This document shows, piece after piece, positions 1 through 13,754 of a stretch of DNA of 64,000 nucleotides. This stretch comes from Rhynchobatus australiae. Lineage: Eukaryota. The position numbers were made by a program, and so were the translations under genes. Location: contig JAUZTB010000017.1 of the NCBI GenBank assembly GCA_034780895.1, positions 18,910,102-18,974,101 on the forward strand, given 5' to 3'. The notes beneath the pieces are model-generated. The model worked only from the letters and a program-made list of their open reading frames with translations. It ran no database searches and was not told the DNA's origin. Each line of letters begins with the position of its first letter. Within the stretch, counting starts at the first letter, position 1.

Positions 1-3000
1 AAAGACATATTAAACCTGTTACAAACATTTTTTTTTAACACAGGCTTTGGCAGCTCATCCGTGGTCTAAGGATTTAATTGTCGAGGGGTAGGGCCTAGGA
101 CAAGCAGTTAAAATGCAGGTAGGAGGGGATCCTGGATAGAGAGTCTGAGCAGTTTGTGCAATGTACAACAGTACTTTTATTCCCACCCCACAAATGCAAA
201 CCATCCACATGAACTGTTTGATGTTGGTGATAAATTTCAATTATTAAAATCACCACACTTTTAGATTTAATCAATTTGCTTTTTGGGTTTCAAATATTTT
301 AAAGTTTTAAGATCTAACAATTCAATTAACTTTTTGGAAATACAACAATAAAAGTGTTGTTAAATATTGTTTTTATATTTGGGATCTTGAATTTGCTGAA
401 AATAGCACTGTTGTTTGAACTTTTCAGCCCCTTTCCCTCACACCACCCACTTCTCCATCCCAGACACCCTCCATTCATTTTGATCATTACTTACACCATA
501 ATTTTCTGGAATACATCCAATGGTTTGCCCAAGTACATGTCATATGAAATACCTGGGAATAAACTCAGACTGAAGTATGGCTCTGGAAATTAAGTGAACG
601 GCAATGTTAGAAGTTCACTTAAACCAATCTAAATTTTTTTTTGTTAAAAGTACCTTCTTCAAAGATTATAAAAGTCCATCACTACATCTTGTTTTCCGCA
701 GAACGTAGAGGAGCATGGACCTCACCTTCTTTATCCAACTGCTAGATACATAGGTTCCTAGTTCAGTTTCCTTAACAAGTGCTTACTATTTTTCCTCTGT
801 ACATTCAATAATAGTTCTCTGCTTATTGTTGATTTTAATAAAAGTTTAATTATTTGCTTAAATTTATTGTCCTTTGTGCCCTAGTCATAATAGGGATCTT
901 TCCACAATCTCAGTCCATTCTTCCTGATGCACCTCTGGTGAAATCTGGAGGAGCAGGGATAAGGTGATCAATCTCCATTACCACCTTCTCCCATGAAAAC
1001 ACTACTCCCCTCTAACCATCCTCCCATTGCACCCCCTTTCCCCCCTTAAAAGACATGCAGGCTAATATCATCTACTTCAAAAGCCATATCATCTGCCACG
1101 ATTGAGTCAAGTTCTTATTGCAAAACAAAATTATACACTACACAGAAGTCTACTACGACCTTTGGCACTTTATCTGAAAGTATTTAGTCCATTGTCAGAT
1201 TTGTACACACACTGAAAGTGTTACTGGTATGTGACTGTACATTTCCTGTGCACCACTGTGTGTGTCATCTATGGCTTTGGTAAATAGGCAGGTTTGCCCC
1301 TCAATACATATCCACCTATTTCCCCACTATCCTCTCCCCACTCCAGCGAATAAGTCATGGAAACTGATAATGGCAAAGGACGATGGCAGCTACAGAATTA
1401 TCAGTCATTACCAGGTCACTCGCATCATTATTTCTCCAACCACACTGTTGAGGAATATATAATGGTTTAAATCCAACAAAAGTTTGATTATCCTTGGTGA
1501 CCATGCTGTACTGAGTGATGGGTCCTTCTGCCAAGTTTGGACAGACTAACAGTGAAAAAGTTACCAATCAGTCATAGCACTGAAATTTGCCTTCTCCATA
1601 ATTTCCTAGATCTTTTACCCATTGATGATTTCTGCTGTCAGGGTTCAATACTATGGTATATCTCTGCAGTAAATTCAGGCCCATTAACAGTCTCAATACC
1701 ATGTCATAATTAAAATTTTGTCTAAGTTGACTTTCTTACAGTGTGACTTGTTGCTGTATTCAGTTTTAAAAATAAAGAAATCTTCACTTCATAGCTGTAC
1801 AGTAAAACCAGGTATTCAACAAGATCGAAGAGGTAAACAATGGAATGCCACTTTCCATTATAAATGCTTTGTAATTGTTAGGTGTCATTTCTTTCTTTAT
1901 GATAAACTACCAATATCTACAATCTGTCACCAGCTTAGTGTCATAAACCTTTAAACAATTTACTTCCAAAGATAAGTGAACTTAATACTGAAATTTGTTT
2001 CTAAAAATTGTTACATTTAAGGTCTTGAGATCTATTTGTTGAATAAGCTATTTAAGGAAATCCTGGCGCCAGTGGAGTAAAAGTTTGACGTCAGCAGGCA
2101 CCCAGGAGTTAAAAGTTTATCACTGTTAATTGGTAGTCAGTGTGTATAACCTTTAAAGTCACTGAACTGTGCCAAAGACACTATTTTCAGAAAAAAAATT
2201 ACCTGATGTGATCTATCAGAAATTTGGTAGTGTCTATATAAAATACAGCAGACATTCCTTTGTAAAGGCACAGGAGTTACAAAAACATTGCATTAAATTT
2301 GTGAATAATATCCAACATCTGTTGTAAATAATTGCACAGAGGTTACTGACCTATATACTATCGAGCAACTGAAAGATTATAACATCAACATTAAATATAG
2401 CCCACCTCACATTTCACAAGTAATTAATGGCACCTCCTTCACTTTTGTTTGGCAATATAATTTTACAAGTTTTTTTTGTATTGGTAATTTTAGTAAAGGC
2501 ACCATTTTTGGAGTGTGACACACAACTTACCATCTCTCTTATCAAATGTTGCTGGACATTAAAATCTTGCAAGACTTTAAGCAGAAGCATTTCTAAGTCT
2601 ATAGTAATTGTGGTTTGAACTCTGTNNNNNNNNNNNNNNNNNNNNNNNNNNNNNNNNNNNNNNNNNNNNNNNNNNNNNNNNNNNNNNNNNNNNNNNNNNN
2701 NNNNNNNNNNNNNNNNNNNNNNNNNNNNNNNNNNNNNNNNNNNNNNNNNNNNNNNNNNNNNNNNNNNNNNNNNNNNNNNNNNNNNNNNNNNNNNNNNNNN
2801 NNNNNNNNNNNNNNNNNNNNNNNNNNNNNNNNNNNNNNNNNNNNNNNNNNNNNNNNNNNNNNNNNNNNNNNNNNAAGAGTTAATCCTCGTTTACTCAACC
2901 CAGGTGCTTAAATCTTTGCTCTCTCTCATTAGAATCCTAGTTTCTCCAGCCTGCATGAGTGAAGTACTTACGTTATTCTGGTAACTCTCCTCTACATCCT

Positions 3001-6000
3001 TTTCATGGTCTTGACACTCTCTCTAAAGGTTGGTACATACAAGTGCAATTGATTCCAAACTAGTATTCTAAACTTGACCTACCACCTTGCTAAAAATTTT
3101 TTGGAATTTGAATGTGATCAAATATGCTAAAGGTTAACCTATTTTTAATTTAGGTCACATCACAGAAAAAGACAATTCAGCCATATATGGCTTGCTGGTT
3201 CATTGAATGAGCTGTTCAAGTGTTCTCCTTCCCCTGTTGATTCCATTGGCTTAATTTTATTTTGATTAAACCTTAAGATAACAGAAATTTAGAAGGGACA
3301 ATTGGAAAGGATACCAATAAAGAAACATTTTCCCTATTCTCTTATTAATTGGATATTTATTAATCTTTAATACACAAACAGGCTCACCTCACCAGCCACC
3401 ATGTTGCCAGGTTGACACAAGGTTCAGACAGTTTGTATCTGAAATACCTAAATTTTGTGCTGTCATTATTGAATAAACAGGACCCATGTCAAGTTAACTG
3501 CATAGTGCCCATTAATTCAGAACTGTTGAAGAGCCATAGCTTGCAATTTGTCAATTTACCAACAGCTGATACAATAGAGTCATCTTGAAGTAAAATCTCA
3601 ATTAGCATAAGTAAGTGTCACCATCAAGACAAAGCTCTGGGTTACCAGTCTGCATATTTAACCACTGCACCACTTTGTCAAAAGCCTTCTGAAAATTCAA
3701 ATNNNNNNNNNNNNNNNNNNNNNNNNNNNNNNNNNNNNNNNNNNNNNNNNNNNNNNNNNNNNNNNNNNNNNNNNNNNNNNNNNNNNNNNNNNNNNNNNNN
3801 NNNNNNNNNNNNNNNNNNNNNNNNNNNNNNNNNNNNNNNNNNNNNNNNNNNNNNNNNNNNNNNNNNNNNNNNNNNNNNNNNNNNNNNNNNNNNNNNNNNN
3901 NNNNNNNNNNNNNNNNNNNNNNNNNNNNNNNNNNNNNNNNNNNNNNNNNNNNNNNNNNNNNNNNNNNNNNNNNNNNNNNNNNNNNNNNNNNNNNNNNNNN
4001 NNNNNNNNNNNNNNNNNNNNNNNNNNNNNNNNNNNNNNNNNNNNNNNNNNNNNNNNNNNNNNNNNNNNNNNNNNNNNNNNNNNNNNNNNNNNNNNNNNNN
4101 NNNNNNNNNNNNNNNNNNNNNNNNNNNNNNNNNNNNNNNNNNNNNNNNNNNNNNNNNNNNNNNNNNNNNNNNNNNNNNNNNNNNNNNNNNNNNNNNNNNN
4201 NNNNNNNNNNNNNNNNNNNNNNNNNNNNNNNNNNNNNNNNNNNNNNNNNNNNNNNNNNNNNNNNNNNNNNNNNNNNNNNNNNNNNNNNNNNNNNNNNNNN
4301 NNNNNNNNNNNNNNNNNNNNNNNNNNNNNNNNNNNNNNNNNNNNNNNNNNNNNNNNNNNNNNNNNNNNNNNNNNNNNNNNNNCCCTTGGTGTAGCAAAGA
4401 AACAGACTTCAGACGCCCGCGCAAAAATGCAACAAAGCAAAGTATGGGAAACATTACTAGGGCACAATGAAACTACAGTAGCTTGAATTGCACTAAACTG
4501 ATATGGAAATCTAGAAAGCAATGGAGATCAAATGTCAGTGGATTTGATCTCCAGATGCAATACTGGATTCAGTGAGTTCAGGTGTGGACCTTCGTCCTGT
4601 AGCTTAGGAGCAGGACATTTTGAATTTGGTCTATTTCAACATTTTAAAATGTCTCTGATTACAAGAGATATTTAAAAATGGCTAAAGGATTTTTTTGACA
4701 GATTATTCAAGTCATCCTGGGGCAAGGTCCAAGGATCCAGTGCAAGAGGTGTGCTCAACTACTCTGCTGCACGGGTAATTGCAGAACATGGCCTGGAATC
4801 CAACTAGACCCACAGGTTGCAATACTTTAAATGCAGTCATCAGGAGAGCTCGGGGGCAGATTGTGAAGATAGGCCCAATCCACCAGATTCTGGCTATACA
4901 TGCATGTATCAACATCTTCAAGGTAAGAAAGGAAGAAAGTTGAAGGGACACAGAAATATCATAAGGACACCAATTTTAAGTAGGGAACAAAATGAGAAAT
5001 ATATTTCAGTTTACAAAATGATTGTTACCATAAGAATGTGAAATTTCAACCCAATTCATTTCATGGAGGTTTAATGCAATACTATTACAAACTTTTCCTT
5101 CAATACAGAACTATTCTGAAACATATCATTTGGACACTTCTGTTTTCAACTATTGCTTGGGAGATATCATATTACTATGCAAGGTCACCATAAGCTTAGA
5201 TTCTAAATGTCTTATGTACAGTCCTGTGTCCCAATATCCCCTCGAGTGTCTGAGTACATTTCAAAGCCTTCATACATCTCTGAATGCTACTTTTTATTAC
5301 TACATTAACATGCATTTCTATTTTCACTTCATAACCAAATGATCCCTTTTCCACCAGGATTAATAAGTGCCAAAGCTAATATTTAGTCATGCACAGGTCA
5401 AAATGTTACACAGCTACCTTTACATTAGAGGCTGTGGGAGACATTCATGTTTGACGAAGCTGTCACTGTGAATGTAAAGCCAATCAAAAACTTTCTAATC
5501 CAATGCACTAAAGCATGGTTACAGCTGTTAATTCAGGATCCCTTTGAAAAGTTTGGTGTTATGAAAAATTTACGCACTAACCTTTGGTATTTTGCATTAA
5601 ACCCTTGTTCCCCATATAAAACAAAATATTTCAACTAGAGTAAATAATCAAAATATAATTACACAAAATCAATTTTATATGGTCTCTTCACCAAATATTT
5701 AAAACTGGCAACTTAAGTGCAAAGCTCAATACTATTTACTTACTTTTCTCTATAAAGAAGCTGAAGTAATAACTATCAGCTCTTAAATCACCACAATATT
5801 CAGTAAAACATTAAAGAGCTAAACTTCATTAGATTTACAAAGTGTTATTTGTCAAAGTATGATCACGAATAACTGAATTAAATCTGACAATGTAAAAAAA
5901 ATCTCCAGGTTATTGCAACCTGAAATGAGAAGCAAATATTGGCCCATTATTTCAATTTCATTATAGTTTCATTCCAAAAATCAGTTTGATTAAATTCTAA

Positions 6001-7979
6001 CAATTGGCAATGAAAATCAAATGATCTATTTGATCCAATTCATAAATAACCAAATTTGCTCACAATCAAATGCTTGTAGGTTTTGTCTGTCAATCCCAGT
6101 TTTATTGTCCAAATTGCTCACAGTAACAGAATACATACAAAGTACATGTTAATTGTGCTTCAAAACTACATTTTTGCTAACCAGCAGTTAAATATGGCAG
6201 GGGAAAAAAAAAATCAGAATTATCCCTGTCCTCACATGCAGTACTTTTGTTTGTCCTGATAACTGAACATGTAACACGTAAGAATCAATGCAGAAAATAG
6301 TACAACAAAATGATTTTTTAAAAATATGTACACAAAATTTGACTGAAGATCATTTGATTTGAAATTGGAGTACTGATTGAAGTGCTGCATTGTTCTGTCA
6401 ACACAATTCACAAGTGTAAAACAATTATTTCAAGCTATTCCAATGAAGTAAAGTTTCCCTTTTGTCTTCCTATCCAAGTGGCAAGAAACAATGGCCTCAC
6501 CCACTATAAATGACGGGCACCTCTGGAGAGGATCACCTTTGGCTATTTAGCTGCACTATTACAAGAAGACCTAACAAAAGCGTGAGGAACTATCCTTGAT
6601 CTGCTGTCTGGCACGTTGCAGCCTTCTGGACTCAATGTCAAACCTTCAACTTTAGGTAGCTCCCTCGTGTTATCTGTGTGCATTGGTATTGGCCATTTCT
6701 GCACTGAGTTTTTCTCCTTCTGTTGGGCATGCCCTGCAGCCTGGCTATTATCATCACAAGCATGGACAAAGCAGCATAATCTGATTCTAATTACCACATT
6801 AACTAATTTGATGTCACCCTGTCAGAGATGTTCCCTTTATTCGACCCATCTCTTTCCCAGCCTCTGCTACTGTGGACTAATTTGCTTTCTCCCTTTTCCA
6901 TTTCTGTTGAAGGGTCTCGACCTGAGAAGTAAACACCACTTCTCTTTCCAATAGATGTTGCCTGTCCTGTTAATTATCTCCAGTACTTTGTTTTTATTTC
7001 AAATTTTCAGCATCCCGTGTTTTTTTTGATTTTCCAAGTCCTGAATCTCTCGGATATGCAAGTATCTCATGGTTCCTCATCACCCCTCCCTGAAATGGGT
7101 ATGCTAGCCACTTTCACTATAGGCTCAGGAATGCAGCAAAGCTGTGCTTTCACCATTATCATTGCAGACTCTCCAAAGACCCAACCAGTTTCAATATTTC
7201 CACCCACCTCCAATAGCCAAGGTGACAGTAAGCAGCAACAGTAGCGGCAATGGAGGAGCAGGAGGACGAATTCAAGGATGAAGCGCACATTGTATCATTA
7301 TGCCTGACACCACAAGGCAGCAACTCAAATAGAAGCACCACAAGGGCAGAAGAGATTAGGTTGAAAGGTCACATTTCACAAGACACTCAACAAGAGTAAG
7401 CCGCAGTCATATAAAAGTGGGCCATTGGGCTGGTTTGTTAGATGGAGTTTCCGCATTCTAATCTGCTGCAGAAGATTTGGATATGGACAGAGTTCAGCAA
7501 AATATGAAACGCATGCACCACAGAAGGTTTGGTATTTTATCTGGCCAGGCTAAAAGATTGTACTCTTTGAAATGGCAAGAGTCCATCCGTAGCTACACAG
7601 GAGGAATTCATGTGGCACTAGAAATATTATAATCTTTGCTGAAAATAGTCTCAACTCTTCCACTGATGAATTGGGTTGTTAATTCCACAAAGGCCTCATG
7701 GAGTATCAAGCTAATCCCATCAGAGTTCTGCTCATTGTCACCAGGAGCAGACTGCAGTTATAGAAGAGCTGAGAAATGCTAGTGAAGAACAGATTGCTAT
7801 TAGCTGGCAACACATTACACTTCCCTCAGAGCACAGAGATACTACCCAGGAACAGATTGCTGCTTTGCACGTACATATAGCTCATGTAGGTCACAGCAAA
7901 TATGCAGATATCTGCCCAGTTGCAGGCATTGTAATGTGAAAGTACAATCTTCTCAAGAAGCCAGCATTTCTCCACACAC

Positions 7980-8950
7980 CACCAATTCTTAAACAATTAC
8001 CCTACCTCCAAAGCCTCTCTACAGTCATCCAGCTGGGTGGCTGGTTCCATTCTTATCTAGTCAATCACAGCTAAAGAATCACCTGCCATGTTCCTTCACT
8101 ATTAACTCTGGTGTATTTGCCTCCCAAAAAGGATAATACATTGGCCCTTTCTTATCTACGTGCTGTTTTTCAGTCTCAGCAGATTGTCATCAAACACAGC
8201 ATCAATGTCTACAACTGTGCTACGACAGCCAATATCATCTCAGCATCACATTTCTTAACCGTTTCACCATCTCCAAATTGTCAGACGGCTTGTCCAACAA
8301 TCAGTCCTGGTCAACTCAATTTCCTCCAACCAAATATTAGAAACACCAAAGCTTGTGTTTTCAGTCCCTCTACTTCTTTAGATCCATTCTTCTCCTTAGC
8401 AATATTCTTAAGCTCAACTTGACTGGTGTCATATTTGACTCAGTGATGAACTATGAACTTCACATCTGCTCCCATTTTTATGTTTGTCTTCTTCTAATAC
8501 TGCTGCCTAAGTTTACCCCTGCTTTAGTTCATCTGCTGCTGAAATGCTCAACCTTGCCTCAGTTAACTCTAGATTTGACAACTCTCCGCTGGTCACCTTC
8601 AGTCTATTTTCAGTAAATCTGGCATAATTCAAAACACTGCTACTGTTACCCTCAACAAAATCTTTATTTATCCATCACCCCTGTGCAAACTAACCTACAT
8701 TGATTTTAAAAATTCCATTCTCAGTTTCAATTTATTTCATGTAATGCATGAGCTGGCTTTTTTTTTGTAATTTCCTCCATCTTGGAACCTGTGAGATAAG
8801 TGTGCTCTTTCAATTCTGACCTCTTGGGCATCTATGATTTCAGCTGCTCCAACATTGCTTACTTTGTCATTAGCTGCCAATCTCCAAAGTTGTGAAAGTC
8901 CCTTCCATCTCACCTTTAGGCGATCTTTGAAATGCCTTACCATATTTATT
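7980..8950 (+). mobile_element. Old L2-like LINE remnant
   Basis: Pyrimidine-rich decayed RT-like pattern (CAGCTGGGTGGCTGGTTCCATTCTTATCT, GGTGTCATATTTGAC). No intact ORF. Confidence 0.45.
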
Positions 8951-11900
8951 GATATTATTGTTGATGACACCCTTCCTCAGTACATCCTCCCTTGGCGAGG
9001 AGATCAAAACAAAAATTTATTCCAGATATAGTCTTGAAACCCCCATTATAAGTGTAGCATTTTTACTTATTCACCAATGTACCATTTTGCTTCCTAATTT
9101 GCAATCTATATTCTGGATGTCAATTCTGTGAGTAATGTTAATGGATGCCTAAATCTAATCGAATGCCAAGATTCACAAGTCTTTTTTTTAAAGAAAAGTT
9201 TTCATTCTATAGGTCCTTTCTGGGTTAAGAATACCCAACTTATGGATACTACATATGGATGAACGAGCACTTGGGAGACCAGCCGTACAGATAGGGATCA
9301 ATTTGCCAGCTGCTGTGGTGCTGCAGGCATTTTATGATGGGTATATCTTCAACTCACATTCAATGCAACACTCAAATCGCACAAGGCCAAATCTTCAGTA
9401 ATAACCTCCTGTGTGGCACGTTATCAAATATATTAAGCCCACTAGTTCACAAAACATATCTAAACTTCCAGACATGCTCTTCACATTTCACGCAAGGATG
9501 GAGACCAACATTCTTGTTTACTGGTGTAGATGCCATTAACCTTCTCCTTGCTTTATATATTTGTACAGTGTCTCAAAGGATGCGTTTCCCCAAGTACAAA
9601 TATTCTTTAAACTTGGAAACCAGCACCAGCCACACTTTTATCCAGTTCCTTCATACAGTAAATGCTTAAATCCTGAATGGGAATGTCCCTCTGGTTGGAC
9701 CAGTATAATTCAAGGTAGCAATATTATTTATAGCACAAGGTGGTTTTGGAAAAAATGTTAAGTTTACTGTTTGTATAGCCTAATTTGAACTCAGTAAGAA
9801 ATGGACACCAATCTTGATCTGCTCCCCGGTTTGAGAAAAGTCGAGGATTAATCCCAATTCGAAATACCCAGGTACCAAAGTGAACACAAATAGAACAAAA
9901 ATAGAAAGAGGGAGACAGGTTAATTTAAAAGAATGGTCACTGGTTATACTGAAAACCCATCCATACAGAACTCGGATGGAATAATGACATTTCCCTCCCT
10001 TTATAAATCACAATTTGACATACTGTAACACAAGATATTGGAGACACGGTCACTGCTCGATTCTGCAACGTTTATACAGATATCTTCAGGTGACCTTCAA
10101 CTCCATCTAAGAACCATAATAAAACATTGCAAACTAGGTATTAAGATGTATCCCTAAATTTTCAATATTTCCATATTTAAATACATCTCCAATTCAGAAA
10201 GAATATTATCAAATTTTAAAAATACACTAGTCTAATTTTTTGGTGGAAGAGTGGAATGGAAAGTTAAAAAGGAAAAAAAAAACTGTACGAGGCTTTTACT
10301 AAATAGACCACAAATCTGAAAACACAATGTAGGATTTCTGCTGATAATTAAACAACTTTTGTACAACAAAGCAAAAAAAGGGCCATTACATCCATTAAGC
10401 ATGGACTGTAGATAGACAAGAGAATCTTCAAGGAGCTTGCAATAAGTCACAATGTTACATAACATATTTTGGATAGAGATCTCTAGCAAACATTGATTTT
10501 ACAATAATTTTTTTCATTTATAGCAGGACTTAAAGGCAGGTCATTAGAAAGAGACTAAAATAATATTCTACATACACCATATTCTAAATATGAATCAATG
10601 ACAATATTCCAAACCATTTAGAAGACAGAGCTCATGGCTGATATTCATTTTGACTTCATGAATCTTAAATGAAAATTGTACATGCACTTCTATGGTTTAA
10701 TGTCTTAATAGTGTAATTTAGATAAAAAGGAAAAGAAATTTTAACATCAATAATTAGTCCTGCCTCTGTTGAGGAATGAAAATATGATCAATTCAGATTC
10801 TTATGCATATGCTTGCAAAATGAATGATTCTTACCAGGTGATTGCATCTGCTAAAATTACACATTTTGATTCCTCAAATTAAAGCTATGAGCAGAGCATT
10901 GCTGTCTCTGATCCAATGTGCTTTTCAAATCCACATTATTTGCAGATATTGTTCATTAAGTCTCAAAATAACAGTTTTATAGAGCTTAGGATTTAACAAT
11001 AGGCTCATAAGTCAAACGAGAAGGAAATCAAATCTCTGTATCCATGCTAACATATTATAAGTGACACATAGAGCCCTTATGTTGTACAACAATCTTACTG
11101 AATGCCTATATCTACAGATAATCCTTCATCAATCCTGACAGTCGCATTCTCAAAATCCCTAATATTTGTCAAATTCAATTTCCCTTTCATAAACCAACCA
11201 ATTCCATTTAATCCAGTTGATATTTGCTAANNNNNNNNNNNNNNNNNNNNNNNNNNNNNNNNNNNNNNNNNNNNNNNNNNNNNNNNNNNNNNNNNNNNNN
11301 NNNNNNNNNNNNNNNNNNNNNNNNNNNNNNNNNNNNNNNNNNNNNNNNNNNNNNNNNNNNNNNNNNNNNNNNNNNNNNNNNNNNNNNNNNNNNNNNNNNN
11401 NNNNNNNNNNNNNNNNNNNNNNNNNNNNNNNNNNNNNNNNNNNNNNNNNNNNNNNNNNNNNNNNNNNNNNNNNNNNNNNNNNNNNNNNNNNNNNNNNNNN
11501 NNNNNNNNNNNNNNNNNNNNNNNNNNNNNNNNNNNNNNNNNNNNNNNNNNNNNNNNNNNNNNNNNNNNNNNNNNNNNNNNCATTCAAAGAGAATCTAGTT
11601 TAATCTGTTTGTGATCAAAATATTAATCATTCAATAATCCTCAATAGCCAATAAGGACATTAATGGAACTTTATTGGAATTTTCCCAAAATTGAATGCAT
11701 AAATGTTAATTTTGGTGTACAGAAAGAACAAGGGTATAATCTGCTGTTTTTAAGAAAAATCATGTCACATTACCAATTTATTAATAAAGAAAAAATAAGA
11801 CAAGAAAATAAGATTATTTCACCCTCCTATTAAAGACTCATGACAGTTGGCAAATTGGAAAAATTATTACCTTGACCCCTGAAACAAAAATTGAACACTT

Positions 11901-13477
11901 GGAAGTGAATCTCGATCAACTTTTACTGCTTTGTATGGATTTTTCTTGACACGAGTATTTGGGTAATCCAAATAATGGAGAGAAAAGAATCATGATCCCC
12001 TTGCACAATTTGGATCTTGGATTGTGTGTGTGTGGGGGGGGGGGGGGGGGGGGAAAAAAAAATTTTTTTAAAATAAAAAAAANNNNNNNNNNNNNNNNNN
12101 NNNNNNNNNNNNNNNNNNNNNNNNNNNNNNNNNNNNNNNNNNNNNNNNNNNNNNNNNNNNNNNNNNNNNNNNNNNNNNNNNNACTTTTACAGATTGGAAT
12201 ATTTATTTTTCTCTTATAAACTGTGGATTCTGACCCAAGTTAACCCAGAAACCCAAATCAACTTTTATCTGGCAGTGCACAACTTCATAATACTTACCTA
12301 AGAACACATGAAGAAGAAAACAGGACTACCTGGCCCCTCAAGCTTGCCTCATCAATCAATTTAATCATGACTGATCTACCCCAGGCATCAACTCCTCTGA
12401 ATACTGTGGGGTTCTGGCATAATATCCCAATGTTTCAAAAATGTATCTGCCTCCACTTTAAATACTTCTAATGAGCTAATCTCCACAACTCCCTGGGGCA
12501 GAGAATTCCCTAAGTTCACCACTCTCTGCAAGAAGAAATTCCTACGTGCTTGTTTTAAATGACTAACCCTTCATTTTAAAACTGTCTCCCCATTTGAGAT
12601 TCTCCTATTAACAAAAACATCTCAATATCTACCCTGTCATGCCACCTTAGGCACATCATGAAGAAAACAGAAATTCATACTTTTTACAGTTTCCAACATT
12701 TCCCACTTCTCTCAATATGTACAATGTACTTATTTTGTTATCCCATGAAAGCAAATTTGAGACTGTATTTATAGGGTTTACTCTAATAACAAGAAACATT
12801 CAGAGATCTGCACAGGCTATGATATGTTAATATTGTAATAAGGTGCTTTTACATTTATTTTCTGAGCTTGAAAACAGAAATACAAATAAGGGAGATTGAA
12901 GTAGAAGTTTTCAATACCTTTTAGAAGCATTTATGCATTAAATCAGGAAGAACTACATCAGCTATTTATCAGATTTTGATACTAAAAACAGGTTCTCAGC
13001 ATAAATATAAATTCAAACATTCCAATTGTATCAAGAATTCTTTGAATGGCAAATCATGCATAATAACAAAAGCTCTGGATGTTTTGTAATAACACAACTT
13101 TCACTGTGTATATTTGAGAGAAACATTTTACAGGGAATGCAGGAATATGCAAGTGTATCTAGAGATAAAGATCTAAAAAGAAAGTTATGATTAGAGATGG
13201 ATGTGGACAAACGAGATACAATATTTTCCTCACTTTACAGGACCACAGAGCTCTCATGCCCTACTCACAAAAATGTTATGGGTAGCAAAGATCTAGCACT
13301 TATTTTTTTCATGACCAAAAGACAAGATTTATATAAAAATATGGTGAATAGGGCACTTAGATATGTGATGCAGCTGAGGGAGCTTTGTAACAAAGCAGAA
13401 CGCTTTTCTGTGAAGTATCAATAAAACAACTGCATTTTAATAAGAGCCAGTAAATTAACAAATATAAAGGATTTTAC

Positions 13478-13606
13478 CTCTGATTCACTACATTCATCAG
13501 GTGAATCATGGTGCACAGCCATCTGATACTTGGAATACAGAGTTGCTGATTGGTTAAAGGATTCATTGAAAGCTGGATCATCGAAGGAAACTGGCACTAG
13601 TTTCAC
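13478..13606 (-). CDS. ATE1: ATE1 exon 7, 3' copy (VKLVPVSFDDPAFNESFNQSATLYSKYQMAVHHDSPDECSESE)
   Basis: ctgaag|GTG acceptor, GAG|gtaaaa donor, 129 nt phase 0-0. Matches the mammalian VRLVPxSFED-type exon 7. Confidence 0.96.
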
Positions 13607-13705
13607 CTTCAGAGCAGGAGATCATGTAAATTTTCAAAGTAAAAATTGATAACATGTTTACAATAGGAGACAAAGTAAACAAAGGTTTACCATTTAGTTT
13701 TACCA

Positions 13706-13754
13706 CTGAAGGCAAGAGTAGTGCAGGTTCTCCTCCACATCCAGTTCAAAATCC
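13706..13754 (-). promoter_or_regulatory. Intronic RNA element complementary to the acceptors and 5' ends of both ATE1 exon-7 copies (R3-like docking site)
   Basis: The + strand reads CTGAAGGCAAGAGTAGTGCAGGTTCTCCTCCACATCCAGTTCAAAATCC. In the minus-strand pre-mRNA this element can therefore pair with CUGAAG|GUGAAACUAGUGC (17 of 19 pairs including G-U) and CUGAAG|GUGAGGCUAGUG (17 of 18 including G-U). Confidence 0.8.

Noticed and set aside
205-219. 15-nt match CACATGAACTGTTTG also at ~50620
   Set aside because: Isolated match without extension. Chance or an unrecognised old repeat.
1-13477. Search for ATE1 exon 8 (FTRFLCxSPL) and later exons
   Set aside because: No matching spliceable sequence seen. 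It is presumably left of the window or in an N gap.
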